From a virus, in the IMG/VR virus record IMGVR_UViG_3300046674_000314, positions 9,181-73,180 of that record: a DNA stretch of 64,000 bases. One strand, given 5' to 3'. Made by a program: the position numbers and the translations under genes. Within the stretch, counting starts at the first letter, position 1. Each line of letters begins with the position of its first letter. The notes beneath the pieces were generated by a model. That model searched no databases. It had not been told where the DNA came from and saw only the letters and a list, made by a program, of their open reading frames with translations. Shown piece after piece: positions 45,377-56,187 of this stretch.

Positions 45377-47152
45377 ATGCCTTTGCTTGACTCTCTCCAA
45401 GGCGGCGGCAGCTATCCGGCAGTAGCACCGACCGGTCGCAACTTGCTCGACATGCTGAAAGACGCTTTGTCGAGCGATCCGAGCGCGCAAACGCCCGATA
45501 GCCCGAGCGCGGCAGACCTCGCCTATGCGCAAGCAACGCGCGATGCAAACGCCCAACTCGCGCCGAAAAGCCAGTTTTCGGGCCAACCGTATGCAATGGG
45601 AACGCAAGACCCCAACGCCACGCCAGCCTTCGCGCCCGGCACCGGTTCACCGGCTGGTTTCGGCGGATCGGCTCCCGTAGCAGCACCCCTTGTGGCTAGT
45701 CCCGCTCCCGTTACCGCTGCGCGCCCGGCGGTCCGTGCTCCGCAAGTCGGATCGAATCTGTTCAGCCCTTCCGGGAGCCTTCCGCTCCAAGCGGTGGGCG
45801 ATGGTTCGATTCCGGCTGTTCAGGCTGGGCAAGATAGCCCGCAAGACTTGACGCAACCACCGGTCGATGGCTCGCCTGATGTTCAAGGCGGCTCGACGAC
45901 CAGCGGCTTGTTAGGCGACCTCCAAGGTGCTGCGCAAGACCCTGAACAGGCACATGGCTTGCTGCAATCGTTTGGCGAGAAAGCTAAAGCACTAGGCGAA
46001 AAGCTGACGAGTCTGTCCCCGAACGCCTCGCAAGCCCTTCTGGCGGGCGGGCTGAGCATGCTCGCGTCGAATGACGGCACTCGTAATCTCGGGCAAGTGG
46101 TTGGTATCGGCGGTATCTCGGGCATCAACAACTATCAGACGAACGTTCAGAACCAAGCTCGCAACGCGATTGCGAATCAGCAGTTGGACATTAAGAATCG
46201 CCAGCTTCAGCAGGAACAGTTCCTGAAGCTTCGTCAGCAGCAACTCGAAGAGTGGAAGGCGAAGAACACGCCGATCGTTGTTGCTCCCGGATCGGGCGTC
46301 ACGACCAATGATCGAGTGGCGCAAGGCTTGCCCCCGATTGGTGGCGGGGATGCGGTTAAGGAGTACCGGAAAGTACAAGGCCCGGACGGTGTCACATATA
46401 ACCAAGCATTCGGCTATAGCGGTCAAGCCATCGGCCAGCCGACCGTCGAGAGTGATCCGTATGTCGGCCCGCTGAATGGCGACGAGCGCAAAGCGGTCGA
46501 AGGCTATCAAACGCAGGTTGCCACCGGCAAGCAGAATCTGTCGCGGATCAATCAATACCTGCAACAGCTTTCGCCTACGATGGTGGATGCAAACGGGCAA
46601 ACCGTTGCGAACCCGAACTTTGTCGATGTGCCGGGCGGGCTGCAAGCACATGCACAGAATCTGTGGACAAAGCTCACTGGCGACCAGAATGCAGCGCAGC
46701 AACTTCGCACGCAGATCGCGCAGAGCGTCACGAAGGACCAGCTGTTGCAGTACAAGGAAGGGGTTGGCGGTCGCTTGACGAATGCTGACATTAACTTGCT
46801 TTCCGCTGGTCTGCCGACCGGTTCTGGCAATGGTGAAGCGCTTTACAACTACCTGAAGAAGTACGCAACTTATCAGGAAGATGTTATCAATCACCAAGCC
46901 AAGCAAGCCGATTTTGCAGCGGCAAACCGCGGCGACCTGTCTCCGCTCAATCGCAGCACGACAATCAATGGCGTCACGGTCCCGAAAGGTACGACGTTTC
47001 AAGATTATGTCAGTGGCAAGTTTGCGAAGAGTGGGGCACAATCGACGGGTGGCGGCAACCCGGCTACACTCCTGATGCAGGTGCGGACAGCAGCGCGCAA
47101 CGGTAACGCAGATGCGCAAAACGAACTCAAGAAACGTGGACTTACCTGGTAA
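45377..47152 (+). CDS. internal virion / ejection protein
   Basis: 591-aa Gln-rich protein in the ejection block. Confidence 0.7.
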   Translation: MPLLDSLQGGGSYPAVAPTGRNLLDMLKDALSSDPSAQTPDSPSAADLAYAQATRDANAQLAPKSQFSGQPYAMGTQDPNATPAFAPGTGSPAGFGGSAPVAAPLVASPAPVTAARPAVRAPQVGSNLFSPSGSLPLQAVGDGSIPAVQAGQDSPQDLTQPPVDGSPDVQGGSTTSGLLGDLQGAAQDPEQAHGLLQSFGEKAKALGEKLTSLSPNASQALLAGGLSMLASNDGTRNLGQVVGIGGISGINNYQTNVQNQARNAIANQQLDIKNRQLQQEQFLKLRQQQLEEWKAKNTPIVVAPGSGVTTNDRVAQGLPPIGGGDAVKEYRKVQGPDGVTYNQAFGYSGQAIGQPTVESDPYVGPLNGDERKAVEGYQTQVATGKQNLSRINQYLQQLSPTMVDANGQTVANPNFVDVPGGLQAHAQNLWTKLTGDQNAAQQLRTQIAQSVTKDQLLQYKEGVGGRLTNADINLLSAGLPTGSGNGEALYNYLKKYATYQEDVINHQAKQADFAAANRGDLSPLNRSTTINGVTVPKGTTFQDYVSGKFAKSGAQSTGGGNPATLLMQVRTAARNGNADAQNELKKRGLTW

Positions 47153-47155
47153 ACC

Positions 47156-50143
47156 ATGCCTGATCTCAATTTCGGTGCTATGCTCGACGATGCGGCTGCG
47201 GCGGCTGGGAAGCCGTTGCAAGCCACCCCGGAAGCCTTCGTGCAACACTACGGACCGGCAGCGGATCGGGTCGCCTCGAAAACGGGCATCGACTCGAACA
47301 CTATCCTTGGTCAATGGGGTCTCGAAACTGGCTGGGGCAAGTCGATCATTCCGGGCACCAATAATCTCGGCAACATCAAAGCGACCAAGGCAAGCGGCGC
47401 CGGGGTGAAAGCCGTCGATAATCAGACTGGCTCGAATGATGCGTACCAGAAGTTCGATTCGGTTGACGATTTCGCTGATGGCTACGCGAACTTAATCAAC
47501 AGCCGGTATAAGGATGCTTTGCATACCGGCACCGATGCCGAAGCCACAGCTAAGGCGCTGAAGGCGGGCGGCTATGCTGAAGACAAGGACTATATTAGCA
47601 AGGTGACGAGCGCGGCTGCGCTTGCAACCAAGGCGCGCGGCGGCTCGACCAATTATGGCGCGCTGCTGGATAGCCTTCCGCAAAACTTCCAAGACCCGAA
47701 CAGCGACGTCACCGGCACGACTGAGACTCTGCAAAAGTATCCGGGCTACCAGAACAAGCCCGAGAGTGGTGGGATCGTTAGCGGCTTCGCGGGCGGCGTA
47801 GGTGAAGGGCTTGGTAAAACCGTGCTGGGCGCCCAAGCGCTCGCGGGCAAGGGATTGCAAGCTATCGGCGCCCAGCAAGCCGGTGACTGGCTCGTGAATG
47901 ATGCGCAACAAGGAAATACGGACCTGACGCATCAAGCCGACGAGGCAGCAGGTAGCCACAATTGGGCACGGACGGCTGGTAATATCACAGGCGCGGTCGC
48001 CCCTGCGCTGGTCGCTGGCCCGGAACTGCTTCCGCAGATCGCGGTCGGTGCCGAATACGGTGCGGGTAATGCGGCACTGAACAACCAGCCAATTCTCCCG
48101 GCTACTGTCGAAGGGGCTGGACTGGGTGCGGCGGGGGTGGTTGGCGGCAAAGCGTTGGGCGCGGCGAGTGCGGCCGTTGCACCTGTGGCTAGGCGGCTTC
48201 TCAACTCTGCGACTGGGGGTGAAAATGCGGTTGCATCTAAGCTTGCTGGGCAGCTTGGTGGCGAACTTGATTCCACGATCAATGCGCTTCGCACCAATTC
48301 AGACGAAATCATTCCCGGCAGCTTGCCGACGGCTGCTGAAGCGGCTAACAACCCGGTTATTGCGCGCGCTCAACGCCAGTATCAGAACACGGAGACGGGA
48401 CAAGAAGCATTTCCGGCACGCCAAGCTTCGAATGCGCAAGCCCGTATTGATACCGGCCGTGGCGTAGTTGGTCCGGATATTGAAGGTGAAGCGGCGCAGT
48501 TCACCCAGCAGCAAGCGCAGCGCGTCGCGGCTGGTCAGAAAGAGTTGCCCCCAGTCAGCCCCGAGCAAAACGCGGTTATGCAATCACCTGCATACCAGAA
48601 GGCTATCAATCTAGCTCAGCGCGACGCGCAGAACGCAGGCGTGACTGCTTTCGAAGACGCAGCAGCCACGCGCAATGCTGGGCTGGCGAATGATCTTGAA
48701 CAAGTTACCGGCACGCAAGCAGAATTGGAAGCGGCCCGCGCGGCGCGCTCGACAGAAGCGGCCCGGAACTATGGCGCAATCAGCGGAGAAGTACCGCTAG
48801 GTAATGATGCAACTGACTTGCTGGCGCGCGATGGAGTGCGTAGCGCAATTGCATCAGCCGCAAAGAATGATCGCACGCGACTTGGGCTGGCTGCACCTGA
48901 TGGCCTTTCAACCATCAAGCCGAAGGTCGCGCCGGTGCTCGGCAATGATGGCGCGAACCAAGGATTCAAGGTGGTCGAACCGGGCAGCCAATCAGTCAGC
49001 GCAAAAACGCTGGTTGGCGCTAAGGCTTTGCTCTCGGACGATGCTACGCAGGCAAGCCGTCTTGGGCGCGCGAACGATTCGGATATCGCGGGCCAAGCTA
49101 AGAACGCGTTGCATAGCTTTCTGACGGACAATGTCCCGGCTTATCGCAAAGCGAACGATGCCTATATGAAGGCGTCTGAACCTATCGATCAGATGACGGC
49201 GCTTCAGAAGCGACTGACGAACGCCGTCAATCCGCTCACCGGCGAAGTTAATCCGAAAGAACTGGTCAAGGCGCTTGCCAGCATTCAACGCGAGCAACTA
49301 AAGCCCGGGTTGCAACAGGCTGACCGGTTGACGGCTGAGAAGCTTTCAGCGCTGGAAAACGTCGCTAAGAAGGCAGCAGATTCGGTCAATAGCACGACCG
49401 GCGTCAGCGGTCAAGGGCAAGAGTTTTTGCGCAAGGCGCTTGGTGAGAACGCGAAGAAGCTGACCGGGCAACTAGACGGTGAAGCTGCGGTCAAGGCTAA
49501 GCAAGCTTTTGAGCAATACCTTGCAGAGCATTCGCCCAGCTACAAGAAGTTTCTCGACGTGCAAAGCGGCTATGGGCAAGACCTCGCGTCGCGGCAAGCG
49601 CTGTCGGAAGGATTGGATAAGTTGACCAATGTGGCCAATTCCGCTTCTGGCGTCCCGAATGTCACTTTTAATGCTGCAAAGAACACACTCGGCAAAGCTG
49701 GCTTGACTGGCGCGGCCCAAGAGTATACTGGGAATCTGCTGGCAGACTTGCAGCGCTCGACCACTGCAAATGCTCAGCTTGGTGCGGCTGGATCGCAGAC
49801 GTTCGCTAATCAGGCGATTGGTTCGCATGGCTTGCTAGGTGGCTTGTTGCATGGGCATACGGGAAGCGCCGGGCTTGGTATTCTGGCTGGCGCGGGCCAC
49901 CTTCCGGCTGCGGCACTCGGCGCGGTTGTGAAGAAGGCGAGTGCGGCGGCAGCGGCCAAGTCGGAGAAAGCGGCGATTGACTTGTTGCTCAATCCGAAGA
50001 AGCTGGCCGATGCACTTGAGTCATACAAGAATCAGCCGAAGGCGCGCGAAGCATTTGTTGAAGCGCTGAAGTCGAAAGCGATGAACAGCAGCGGCAAGGC
50101 TGGTCAGCGGGCAGTGCAAGCATACAATTCGAGGAACTCATAA
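47156..50143 (+). CDS. large ejection protein with N-terminal GH73 (FlgJ-like) peptidoglycan hydrolase
   Basis: Q.GLETGWG, NNLGNIK, F.S..D...GY and L..GGYA.D..Y motifs. Confidence 0.85.
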   Translation: MPDLNFGAMLDDAAAAAGKPLQATPEAFVQHYGPAADRVASKTGIDSNTILGQWGLETGWGKSIIPGTNNLGNIKATKASGAGVKAVDNQTGSNDAYQKFDSVDDFADGYANLINSRYKDALHTGTDAEATAKALKAGGYAEDKDYISKVTSAAALATKARGGSTNYGALLDSLPQNFQDPNSDVTGTTETLQKYPGYQNKPESGGIVSGFAGGVGEGLGKTVLGAQALAGKGLQAIGAQQAGDWLVNDAQQGNTDLTHQADEAAGSHNWARTAGNITGAVAPALVAGPELLPQIAVGAEYGAGNAALNNQPILPATVEGAGLGAAGVVGGKALGAASAAVAPVARRLLNSATGGENAVASKLAGQLGGELDSTINALRTNSDEIIPGSLPTAAEAANNPVIARAQRQYQNTETGQEAFPARQASNAQARIDTGRGVVGPDIEGEAAQFTQQQAQRVAAGQKELPPVSPEQNAVMQSPAYQKAINLAQRDAQNAGVTAFEDAAATRNAGLANDLEQVTGTQAELEAARAARSTEAARNYGAISGEVPLGNDATDLLARDGVRSAIASAAKNDRTRLGLAAPDGLSTIKPKVAPVLGNDGANQGFKVVEPGSQSVSAKTLVGAKALLSDDATQASRLGRANDSDIAGQAKNALHSFLTDNVPAYRKANDAYMKASEPIDQMTALQKRLTNAVNPLTGEVNPKELVKALASIQREQLKPGLQQADRLTAEKLSALENVAKKAADSVNSTTGVSGQGQEFLRKALGENAKKLTGQLDGEAAVKAKQAFEQYLAEHSPSYKKFLDVQSGYGQDLASRQALSEGLDKLTNVANSASGVPNVTFNAAKNTLGKAGLTGAAQEYTGNLLADLQRSTTANAQLGAAGSQTFANQAIGSHGLLGGLLHGHTGSAGLGILAGAGHLPAAALGAVVKKASAAAAAKSEKAAIDLLLNPKKLADALESYKNQPKAREAFVEALKSKAMNSSGKAGQRAVQAYNSRNS

Positions 50144-50943
50144 TGCCGGTACCGTCAGTAATTACGGCGCTTTCCGAAACTCCCAGCGCGAACTCACCCG
50201 CCGGATCGGAAACCGTCGGCACGCAGATGAACGACTATATCCAAGCGGCTATGGCGTTTATTGCGCAAGTGTATCATGGCAAGAGCGTTGCTCAAGTTCC
50301 TCTGAATATGAACGGGCAGCAGATCATCAACCTTGCAGACGGCGGCAGTGGTCAATCTGCGGCAACGGTCGCCCAGCTTAATCGCACACTCGGTGCTCCT
50401 TCTGGAACCCGAGTTGTGTTTCAGCAAGCTAGCGCGCCCGCTGGCTGGATTGTTGATGGGTCGTCCACGTTACAAGACGCGGCAGTTCGATTCAGCGCAG
50501 GTGCGGGCGGCGGCGGTTCGGTCGGCTGGAGTGCTTGGAACTTCGGCGGTACCTTCGCGGTGAGTGCACATGCAATCACGCCCGGCGAAATGCCTAGCCA
50601 CAATCACTTGGACGGCGGTCATGGTCACGGGGTCAACGACCCGGGTCATGGTCACGGTCTCTGGCTCAGCGATCCCGGCCACCAGCACAATATTACCTAT
50701 CAGAGCGTGCAGGCTGGTAATACGATCGGCGGAGTTGCCTTGCTAGGTGGCGGTGGATCGAATAAGTCAACCGACGTATCGGCAACCAATATATCTGCTG
50801 GCATTTACGGATCGGGTACCGGCATTTACTTGTCGACTGGTTATGCCAATATCGGCTATGCTGGTGGCAACCAAGCCCATAATCATACATTTACGACGCC
50901 TCAGGTTAAGTTCGCTGACGTTGTAGTCTGCGTGAAAGCATAA
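50143..50943 (+). CDS. short tail fibre with His-rich metal-binding repeats
   Basis: FQQASAP.GW, EMPSHNH, repeated DPGH.H and GG.QAHNH motifs. Confidence 0.78.
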   Translation: MPVPSVITALSETPSANSPAGSETVGTQMNDYIQAAMAFIAQVYHGKSVAQVPLNMNGQQIINLADGGSGQSAATVAQLNRTLGAPSGTRVVFQQASAPAGWIVDGSSTLQDAAVRFSAGAGGGGSVGWSAWNFGGTFAVSAHAITPGEMPSHNHLDGGHGHGVNDPGHGHGLWLSDPGHQHNITYQSVQAGNTIGGVALLGGGGSNKSTDVSATNISAGIYGSGTGIYLSTGYANIGYAGGNQAHNHTFTTPQVKFADVVVCVKA

Positions 50944-51278
50944 TGAAAATACTCTGCCCCCTCATTAAAAAGCCTTGCCTCGAACATGGCTGCCAATGGT
51001 ATGCCCATTTGGAAGGTATCAATCCGCAGACCGGCAAGCCAATGGATCACTGGGACTGCGCGATTAAGTGGATTCCGGTTATGATTACCGAACAAGCCCG
51101 CCAGACTCGCGGAGTGCAGGCATCGGTTGAAGACTTCCGAAATAAGTCAATCCAGCAGCAAACCGAATTGAACGAAAAGATGATGGGTGCGGCTGGCTTT
51201 ATGCACATGGTCGATTCCATCGCCAAGCGCTCACCCCAGCTTCCGGACGAGCCGATTAGCCCGCTATTGGAGGACTGA
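50943..51278 (+). CDS. conserved Cys-containing protein downstream of tail fibre
   Basis: CPL..K.C....C.W...G..PQTG....W.CAI.W.P motif. Confidence 0.7.
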   Translation: MKILCPLIKKPCLEHGCQWYAHLEGINPQTGKPMDHWDCAIKWIPVMITEQARQTRGVQASVEDFRNKSIQQQTELNEKMMGAAGFMHMVDSIAKRSPQLPDEPISPLLED

Positions 51279-51589
51279 TGTACACTCATTTCCGTGGAAC
51301 GACGTTCCAGTTCACAGGGCAGATGCAGGATGACGGCGTCGTTCAGGATTTGACGGACTGCATACTACTCGCATCGGTATTTGATCCGCAGGGAATCAGC
51401 AAGTATGGCGATTTGAGTGTCCTCTATGTGGACAGGCTGCTAGGTATCGTTGAGCTTCACTGCCCCGATACTTCAACTTGGCCCGTAGGCAAAGCGCGCA
51501 TTGATTTCACGCTTCAGTTGGCAAACGGGGAAACTGTTGCTTCACCCCCAGACTTTTTCCGCGTTGCACAGACGCCGATGATTGGATAA
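51278..51589 (+). CDS. small tail-associated protein
   Basis: RG.TF...DLT...T..WP.G...D pattern. Confidence 0.6.
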   Translation: MYTHFRGTTFQFTGQMQDDGVVQDLTDCILLASVFDPQGISKYGDLSVLYVDRLLGIVELHCPDTSTWPVGKARIDFTLQLANGETVASPPDFFRVAQTPMIG

Positions 51590-51591
51590 CT

Positions 51592-54153
51592 ATGACTCTG
51601 CGAATCATACTGACGGATGGGGATGGGGTACAGGGTCTCGCGGGCGTCTTTGGGGCCTTTATTTCGTCATCCAACGCGCAAACAGCTGCTGATGTGCTAG
51701 CTTCGGCGGCTAATGCTGCGGCTGCGGCTAATGCTGCGGCTGCGGCTGCTGGGAGCGCGGCGTCAGCGCTCGGTAGCGCGGGCAATGCGGCCAATAGCGC
51801 TACTGCTGCGGCTGGGAGCGCTGGGAGCGCTGCAACCTCTGCCACGAATGCGCAGATATCCGAAACCAATGCAGGCAATGCGGCGGCAGCATCGCAAACT
51901 AGCGCAGATGCTTCGGCTGCAAGCGCGGCAGCGTCCCTAGTCTCGCAAAACGCGGCGGCGGGTTCGGCATCGGCTGCGGCAACGAGTGCAAGCGCGGCGG
52001 CTGGATCGGCTACCGCGGCGGCTGGTAGTGCTTCAGATGCGGCTAACTCGGCGCAGTCGATCAACGGCGAACTGGTGCTTGGAGTCGGCGCGGCTGATGT
52101 GACTCTGACGACGACTCAAGCGAACAATGGTATCTTTCGCTTCACCGGTACGCTTACTGGCAACCGAACGGTCACCTTTCCGGCGGTCCCGCATAACTTC
52201 GTCGTCCAGAATAACACAACCGGCGCCTTTTCGCTGACCATCAAAGCGGCGGGGCAAACCCCGAGCGCGACGGTTATTCAAGGGAAAGCCTCGACGCTAT
52301 TCAGCGACTCGACCGGCGTCTTCGCGACCTCGGCGGCTGCTGGTATGGCCTTCTCCGCGGTGTTCCCCTTCAGCGGAAATCAGACGTTGACTATCAGCCA
52401 TTTGGGCGCGATAGTCACCCAGTCTGCCGCATCGGTAACCACATTCCCGAAGGCTAACACCTTTCCGGCTGGCTCGGGCTTCGGCTATGCGAACATCGCG
52501 GGCGCGGCTGCGGCCAGTCTGGCGCTTCAGGCTGGCGATACGGCCGACCTGACGTTCCCCTATACGACGCAGAATAACGATACCTACTTCTGGTATTCGG
52601 ACGGCATCAGCAAATGGAAGCTTGGCTGGTACTCGAACAAGTTCCAACCGACTTTCGATACCGGCATTCGATTCCCTGACGGATCGATCCAGACCACGGC
52701 GACCCAAGCAACCGCTCCGGTATCGACCGTATTCTCTGTGGCTATCGGGAATACCTCGCTAGGCGCGACCTCGCTGACGACCCCCGGCTATACCGACCCG
52801 AATATCTCGATTTTCAAGAACGGCGCGCGCCTGACAAAGAATATCGATTTCACGCTGCCCGGCGACAATATCCATGTGACGTTGCTGACGCCGGTCGCCA
52901 ATCTTGATAACTTCGAAGTCCTGACTGGATCGGTCTATAATCCTTCGACCGCTTATGCGCCGTCTAGCTCGCTGAGCACGCCCACGTTCGGTGCGACCGG
53001 GATCGCTATCACCTACATTCCCGGATTCGCATTCCTGTACCGCAACGGCTCACGGCTGGTGCCGGGCGTCGATTATACCGCGGTCGATGGTGCGAACATC
53101 ATATTCATTGGCTTCGCTGGCGATGGGGTGACTCAGTACGAGGTACAGCTTCTCAATCCGATCACCTACGCGAACGCCATTTCACAGAGTAATCCAGTTC
53201 TAACTGGGCCGCTGACCTTCGCGGACGGAACGATTCAGGGGACGAGTGCGCCCGGCCTAAAGAACTGGATTCTGAACGGCAACTTCATCGTATGGCAGCG
53301 CGGCAGCTCATTCGCCGCGACCGCCGTCAGCCCGTCGACAGCCTATACGGCGGACAGATGGCAGGCGTATCGCGGCGGATATGCCGGTGGGTATGGTGTA
53401 GCTCTAATCGGCGGCATCGCTCTGGCATCTATCGGGATTCCGTTCGGATGCTCATTCCAGCGGAATAACGGCGATACTAGCACGCAGCCGATGACGATAT
53501 CGCATGGCCTTGAATCGCTCGACGTCAGACAGTTGGCGGGTCGTCAGGTTACCGTCTCATGGTATGCGTTTGGTCAAAATGGGTTTAATGGTGCTGGGCA
53601 AGGATTGTCCGTGTATTATGGGACCGGGTCTGATGGCAATATACTCTCCGGTTTTACTGGGCAAACGCTGCTGACGACCAAGAATGTCACGCTCAGCAGT
53701 TCCGGTCCGATAAGCCAATGGACGCGTTACTCGCACACATTCACTATTCCTTCTAACGCCAGTCAGCTTGCGCTACTGTGGTCAGTCGCACCTTCCGGAA
53801 CGGCGGGCGCTTCCGACCTTTTCGTAAATGCCGGAATGCAAATGGAATTGGGGCCGGTCGCGACGCCGTTCGAAATCCGTCCTTATGGCGAAACGCTCCT
53901 CCGGTGCCAGCGTTGGTATTCCGCAGGATCGGCAGTGCTACAGGGTTCCGGGATCGGAACGCAAATCCAGAATATGCCTTTCCGGACACAGATGCGCGCA
54001 TCTGCCACCGTAACATTGAATAGCGTCGCGTACAGTTCTGCCGCGAGCTTAAACGTCAACGGGGTGTACCCTGACTCGTGGGGCGCTCAGTATACGACGA
54101 CTGGGTCGGGCGGCTATGTTGGATTCACCTACACCTGCAATGCGGAGCAATAA
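51592..54153 (+). CDS. long tail fibre / receptor-binding protein
   Basis: Ala/Ser stalk, FTGTLTGNRTV, NG..L...D repeats, C-terminal N.I.NG.F..WQRG...QME.G..ATPFE domain. Confidence 0.85.
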   Translation: MTLRIILTDGDGVQGLAGVFGAFISSSNAQTAADVLASAANAAAAANAAAAAAGSAASALGSAGNAANSATAAAGSAGSAATSATNAQISETNAGNAAAASQTSADASAASAAASLVSQNAAAGSASAAATSASAAAGSATAAAGSASDAANSAQSINGELVLGVGAADVTLTTTQANNGIFRFTGTLTGNRTVTFPAVPHNFVVQNNTTGAFSLTIKAAGQTPSATVIQGKASTLFSDSTGVFATSAAAGMAFSAVFPFSGNQTLTISHLGAIVTQSAASVTTFPKANTFPAGSGFGYANIAGAAAASLALQAGDTADLTFPYTTQNNDTYFWYSDGISKWKLGWYSNKFQPTFDTGIRFPDGSIQTTATQATAPVSTVFSVAIGNTSLGATSLTTPGYTDPNISIFKNGARLTKNIDFTLPGDNIHVTLLTPVANLDNFEVLTGSVYNPSTAYAPSSSLSTPTFGATGIAITYIPGFAFLYRNGSRLVPGVDYTAVDGANIIFIGFAGDGVTQYEVQLLNPITYANAISQSNPVLTGPLTFADGTIQGTSAPGLKNWILNGNFIVWQRGSSFAATAVSPSTAYTADRWQAYRGGYAGGYGVALIGGIALASIGIPFGCSFQRNNGDTSTQPMTISHGLESLDVRQLAGRQVTVSWYAFGQNGFNGAGQGLSVYYGTGSDGNILSGFTGQTLLTTKNVTLSSSGPISQWTRYSHTFTIPSNASQLALLWSVAPSGTAGASDLFVNAGMQMELGPVATPFEIRPYGETLLRCQRWYSAGSAVLQGSGIGTQIQNMPFRTQMRASATVTLNSVAYSSAASLNVNGVYPDSWGAQYTTTGSGGYVGFTYTCNAEQ

Positions 54154-55164
54154 ATGACAAATGCAGTTCAAACCGCAGCCGCGGCATACCTTTCCGGGCG
54201 CAACCGAATAATCAACGGCGCGTGCGATATTGCCCAGCGCGGCGCCAGCTTAACGCTGGCAACAACTGCTGGCGTTAATGCGCTGGGCTACGGTGGCCCC
54301 GACAGATTCTTTATGCAAAACTCGGCAGGGGGATCGTTCAGTCAAAGTCAGAACGCCCTTAACGCGCTGAACATTTCATCGATCTTGCAAGCGCCCGTCT
54401 CAACGGCGGGTATCAGCTTCGCAGGGACCAACTTGTGGGCAGGAATTCGGCAACCGATCGAAGGAGTGCATTGTTACGACTTGCTTTACAAACCGATGAT
54501 TGCATCCTTTCTGTTCATTGCAAAACTTCCGGGCAATTATACGTTTGCGCTTGCTGACTCTGCATTCACGCATTCATTCGTCACTTCGTTCAACTATGCA
54601 GTCGCTGATGTTGGTCAGCGAATCGTCATCCCGATCCCGCAGCCGCCCGCAGCCGCCAATATCCCGCGCAACAGCGCTGCTGGGTTGCACTATCAGATCG
54701 GCGGACTGAATCGTGGCACTTTTCAAATGGCAGCGAATCCAAACGCATGGGTCTCGGGCGCTTTCATGAGTGCAACAGGAACTGTTGACTGGAGCACATC
54801 AACCAGCAACTATATCTGCGCTACGGAAATGCAACTCGAAGAAGGCGTCATTGCGACGCCGTATGATAGGCGACCGTATGCGACTGAGAGTGATGCTTGT
54901 TCGCGGTATTATCAGCAGGTATTAACCACATTGGTGAATAACAATAACTCCGCCGGGAATCCAGTTTACACCGACGTTCCAATAAAGCCTATGCGAGCAA
55001 ACCCCACGGTATCGTTCGGGACCGTCAGTTATGGCAACGCGTCAGGCTATGCCGTGACGGCGATAAACAATGCTGCGCTGCGACTGCAGATAACCATATC
55101 CGGTAGCGGATATGCTCTTGCGAGCGTCCCCGGTGGTATCACCCTTGACGCGGAGCTATCATGA
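54154..55164 (+). CDS. fibre-tip-like protein, paralog of the C-terminal domain of 51592-54153
   Basis: RNRIINGACDIAQRG...MQLEEG..ATPY.RRPY..E...C.RYY. Confidence 0.75.
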   Translation: MTNAVQTAAAAYLSGRNRIINGACDIAQRGASLTLATTAGVNALGYGGPDRFFMQNSAGGSFSQSQNALNALNISSILQAPVSTAGISFAGTNLWAGIRQPIEGVHCYDLLYKPMIASFLFIAKLPGNYTFALADSAFTHSFVTSFNYAVADVGQRIVIPIPQPPAAANIPRNSAAGLHYQIGGLNRGTFQMAANPNAWVSGAFMSATGTVDWSTSTSNYICATEMQLEEGVIATPYDRRPYATESDACSRYYQQVLTTLVNNNNSAGNPVYTDVPIKPMRANPTVSFGTVSYGNASGYAVTAINNAALRLQITISGSGYALASVPGGITLDAELS

Positions 55165-56177
55165 CCGTTGCGGCAAACCTTCTCGCTCGCTTGGTCGATC
55201 TATTCGACTTCAATCAGTATTCCAATCGAAATTTAGTTGTCGATCCAAATAAAGAGATTTGGACTTCAGGTAGCCCGCAAGCGATAACTTCGTCCCCTTT
55301 ATATGGGCCGAACGTGATGTACATAAACTCGTGCGGCTCGGGCGGCGTCGGGACTTACGGGTCTACCGCGTTTGCTCCTGCTGCCGGTTCGAGATTGGGA
55401 TTGCCAAAGGTTGCGCGCTATTTGGGTCAGCACGTTCAATCGACCGCTTCGACTGGTACTGTGGCTGCCAGAACAAGTCCCCAACTTTCGGTGAAGGTTG
55501 AAGACGTAAACACGGTGGAAGGGTCATCGGTCACGCTTTCCATGTGGCTATGGTCCACTGTTCCAATCACCATCACGCAGGTTCGCGCAAGCCAAACCTT
55601 CGGGACGGGTGGTTCGCCTTCGGCATCAGTTGAGATTCCGGTCGCGGTCAATTGGGCTGTGACTTCAACCGTGCGGCGCTTCTCGGTTCGTATTGATTTA
55701 CCCAGCATCAGTGGAAAAACGCTCGGAACAATCCCTTCGCATTCTACCAACTTCACACTCGATCTACCGCCCGGAATTACTTATACGCTCAATGACGCCT
55801 GCTGGCAAATTGAAGTTTGTTCGCCGCAAGCGTCAAGCGATAATACGGGCAACGGTGGCGCTCCGACAGCATTCGAGTATCGTGGCGGCGAGGCCGAATT
55901 GGCCCGGGTACAGCGCTACTATGAAACTAATGCGATGCTTGGCGTATTCTCTGGAAATGTTACATCAGGAGGCACCTATTTTTCAAACGCCTACTTCAAA
56001 GTCACTAAGCGCGCAACTCCGACGGTAACGGCGGCGCAATCCGGAAGCCCGACGTCATTTCCGACTACCGTCGCTTTGGCTGGCGCTTATAATGATGGAG
56101 TATTTGTCAGCGCTCTAGCGAACGCAACAAATCTCGGTATCTATCAATACTCTTGGGTGGCTGACGCCCGGCTCTAA
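55161..56177 (+). CDS. second fibre-tip-like paralog
   Basis: RNLVVD...WQIE...PTAFEYR...ELARVQRYYE. Confidence 0.72.
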   Translation: MTVAANLLARLVDLFDFNQYSNRNLVVDPNKEIWTSGSPQAITSSPLYGPNVMYINSCGSGGVGTYGSTAFAPAAGSRLGLPKVARYLGQHVQSTASTGTVAARTSPQLSVKVEDVNTVEGSSVTLSMWLWSTVPITITQVRASQTFGTGGSPSASVEIPVAVNWAVTSTVRRFSVRIDLPSISGKTLGTIPSHSTNFTLDLPPGITYTLNDACWQIEVCSPQASSDNTGNGGAPTAFEYRGGEAELARVQRYYETNAMLGVFSGNVTSGGTYFSNAYFKVTKRATPTVTAAQSGSPTSFPTTVALAGAYNDGVFVSALANATNLGIYQYSWVADARL

Positions 56178-56187
56178 AAGGAACATC

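Noticed and set aside
51700-52050. Ala/Ser-rich short repeats in the fibre gene
   Set aside because: Ordinary low-complexity coiled stalk common in phage fibres.
51592-56177. Diversity-generating retroelement or invertible shufflon for tail fibres
   Set aside because: No reverse transcriptase, TR/VR pair, invertase or inverted crossover sites were seen; the paralogues are highly diverged.
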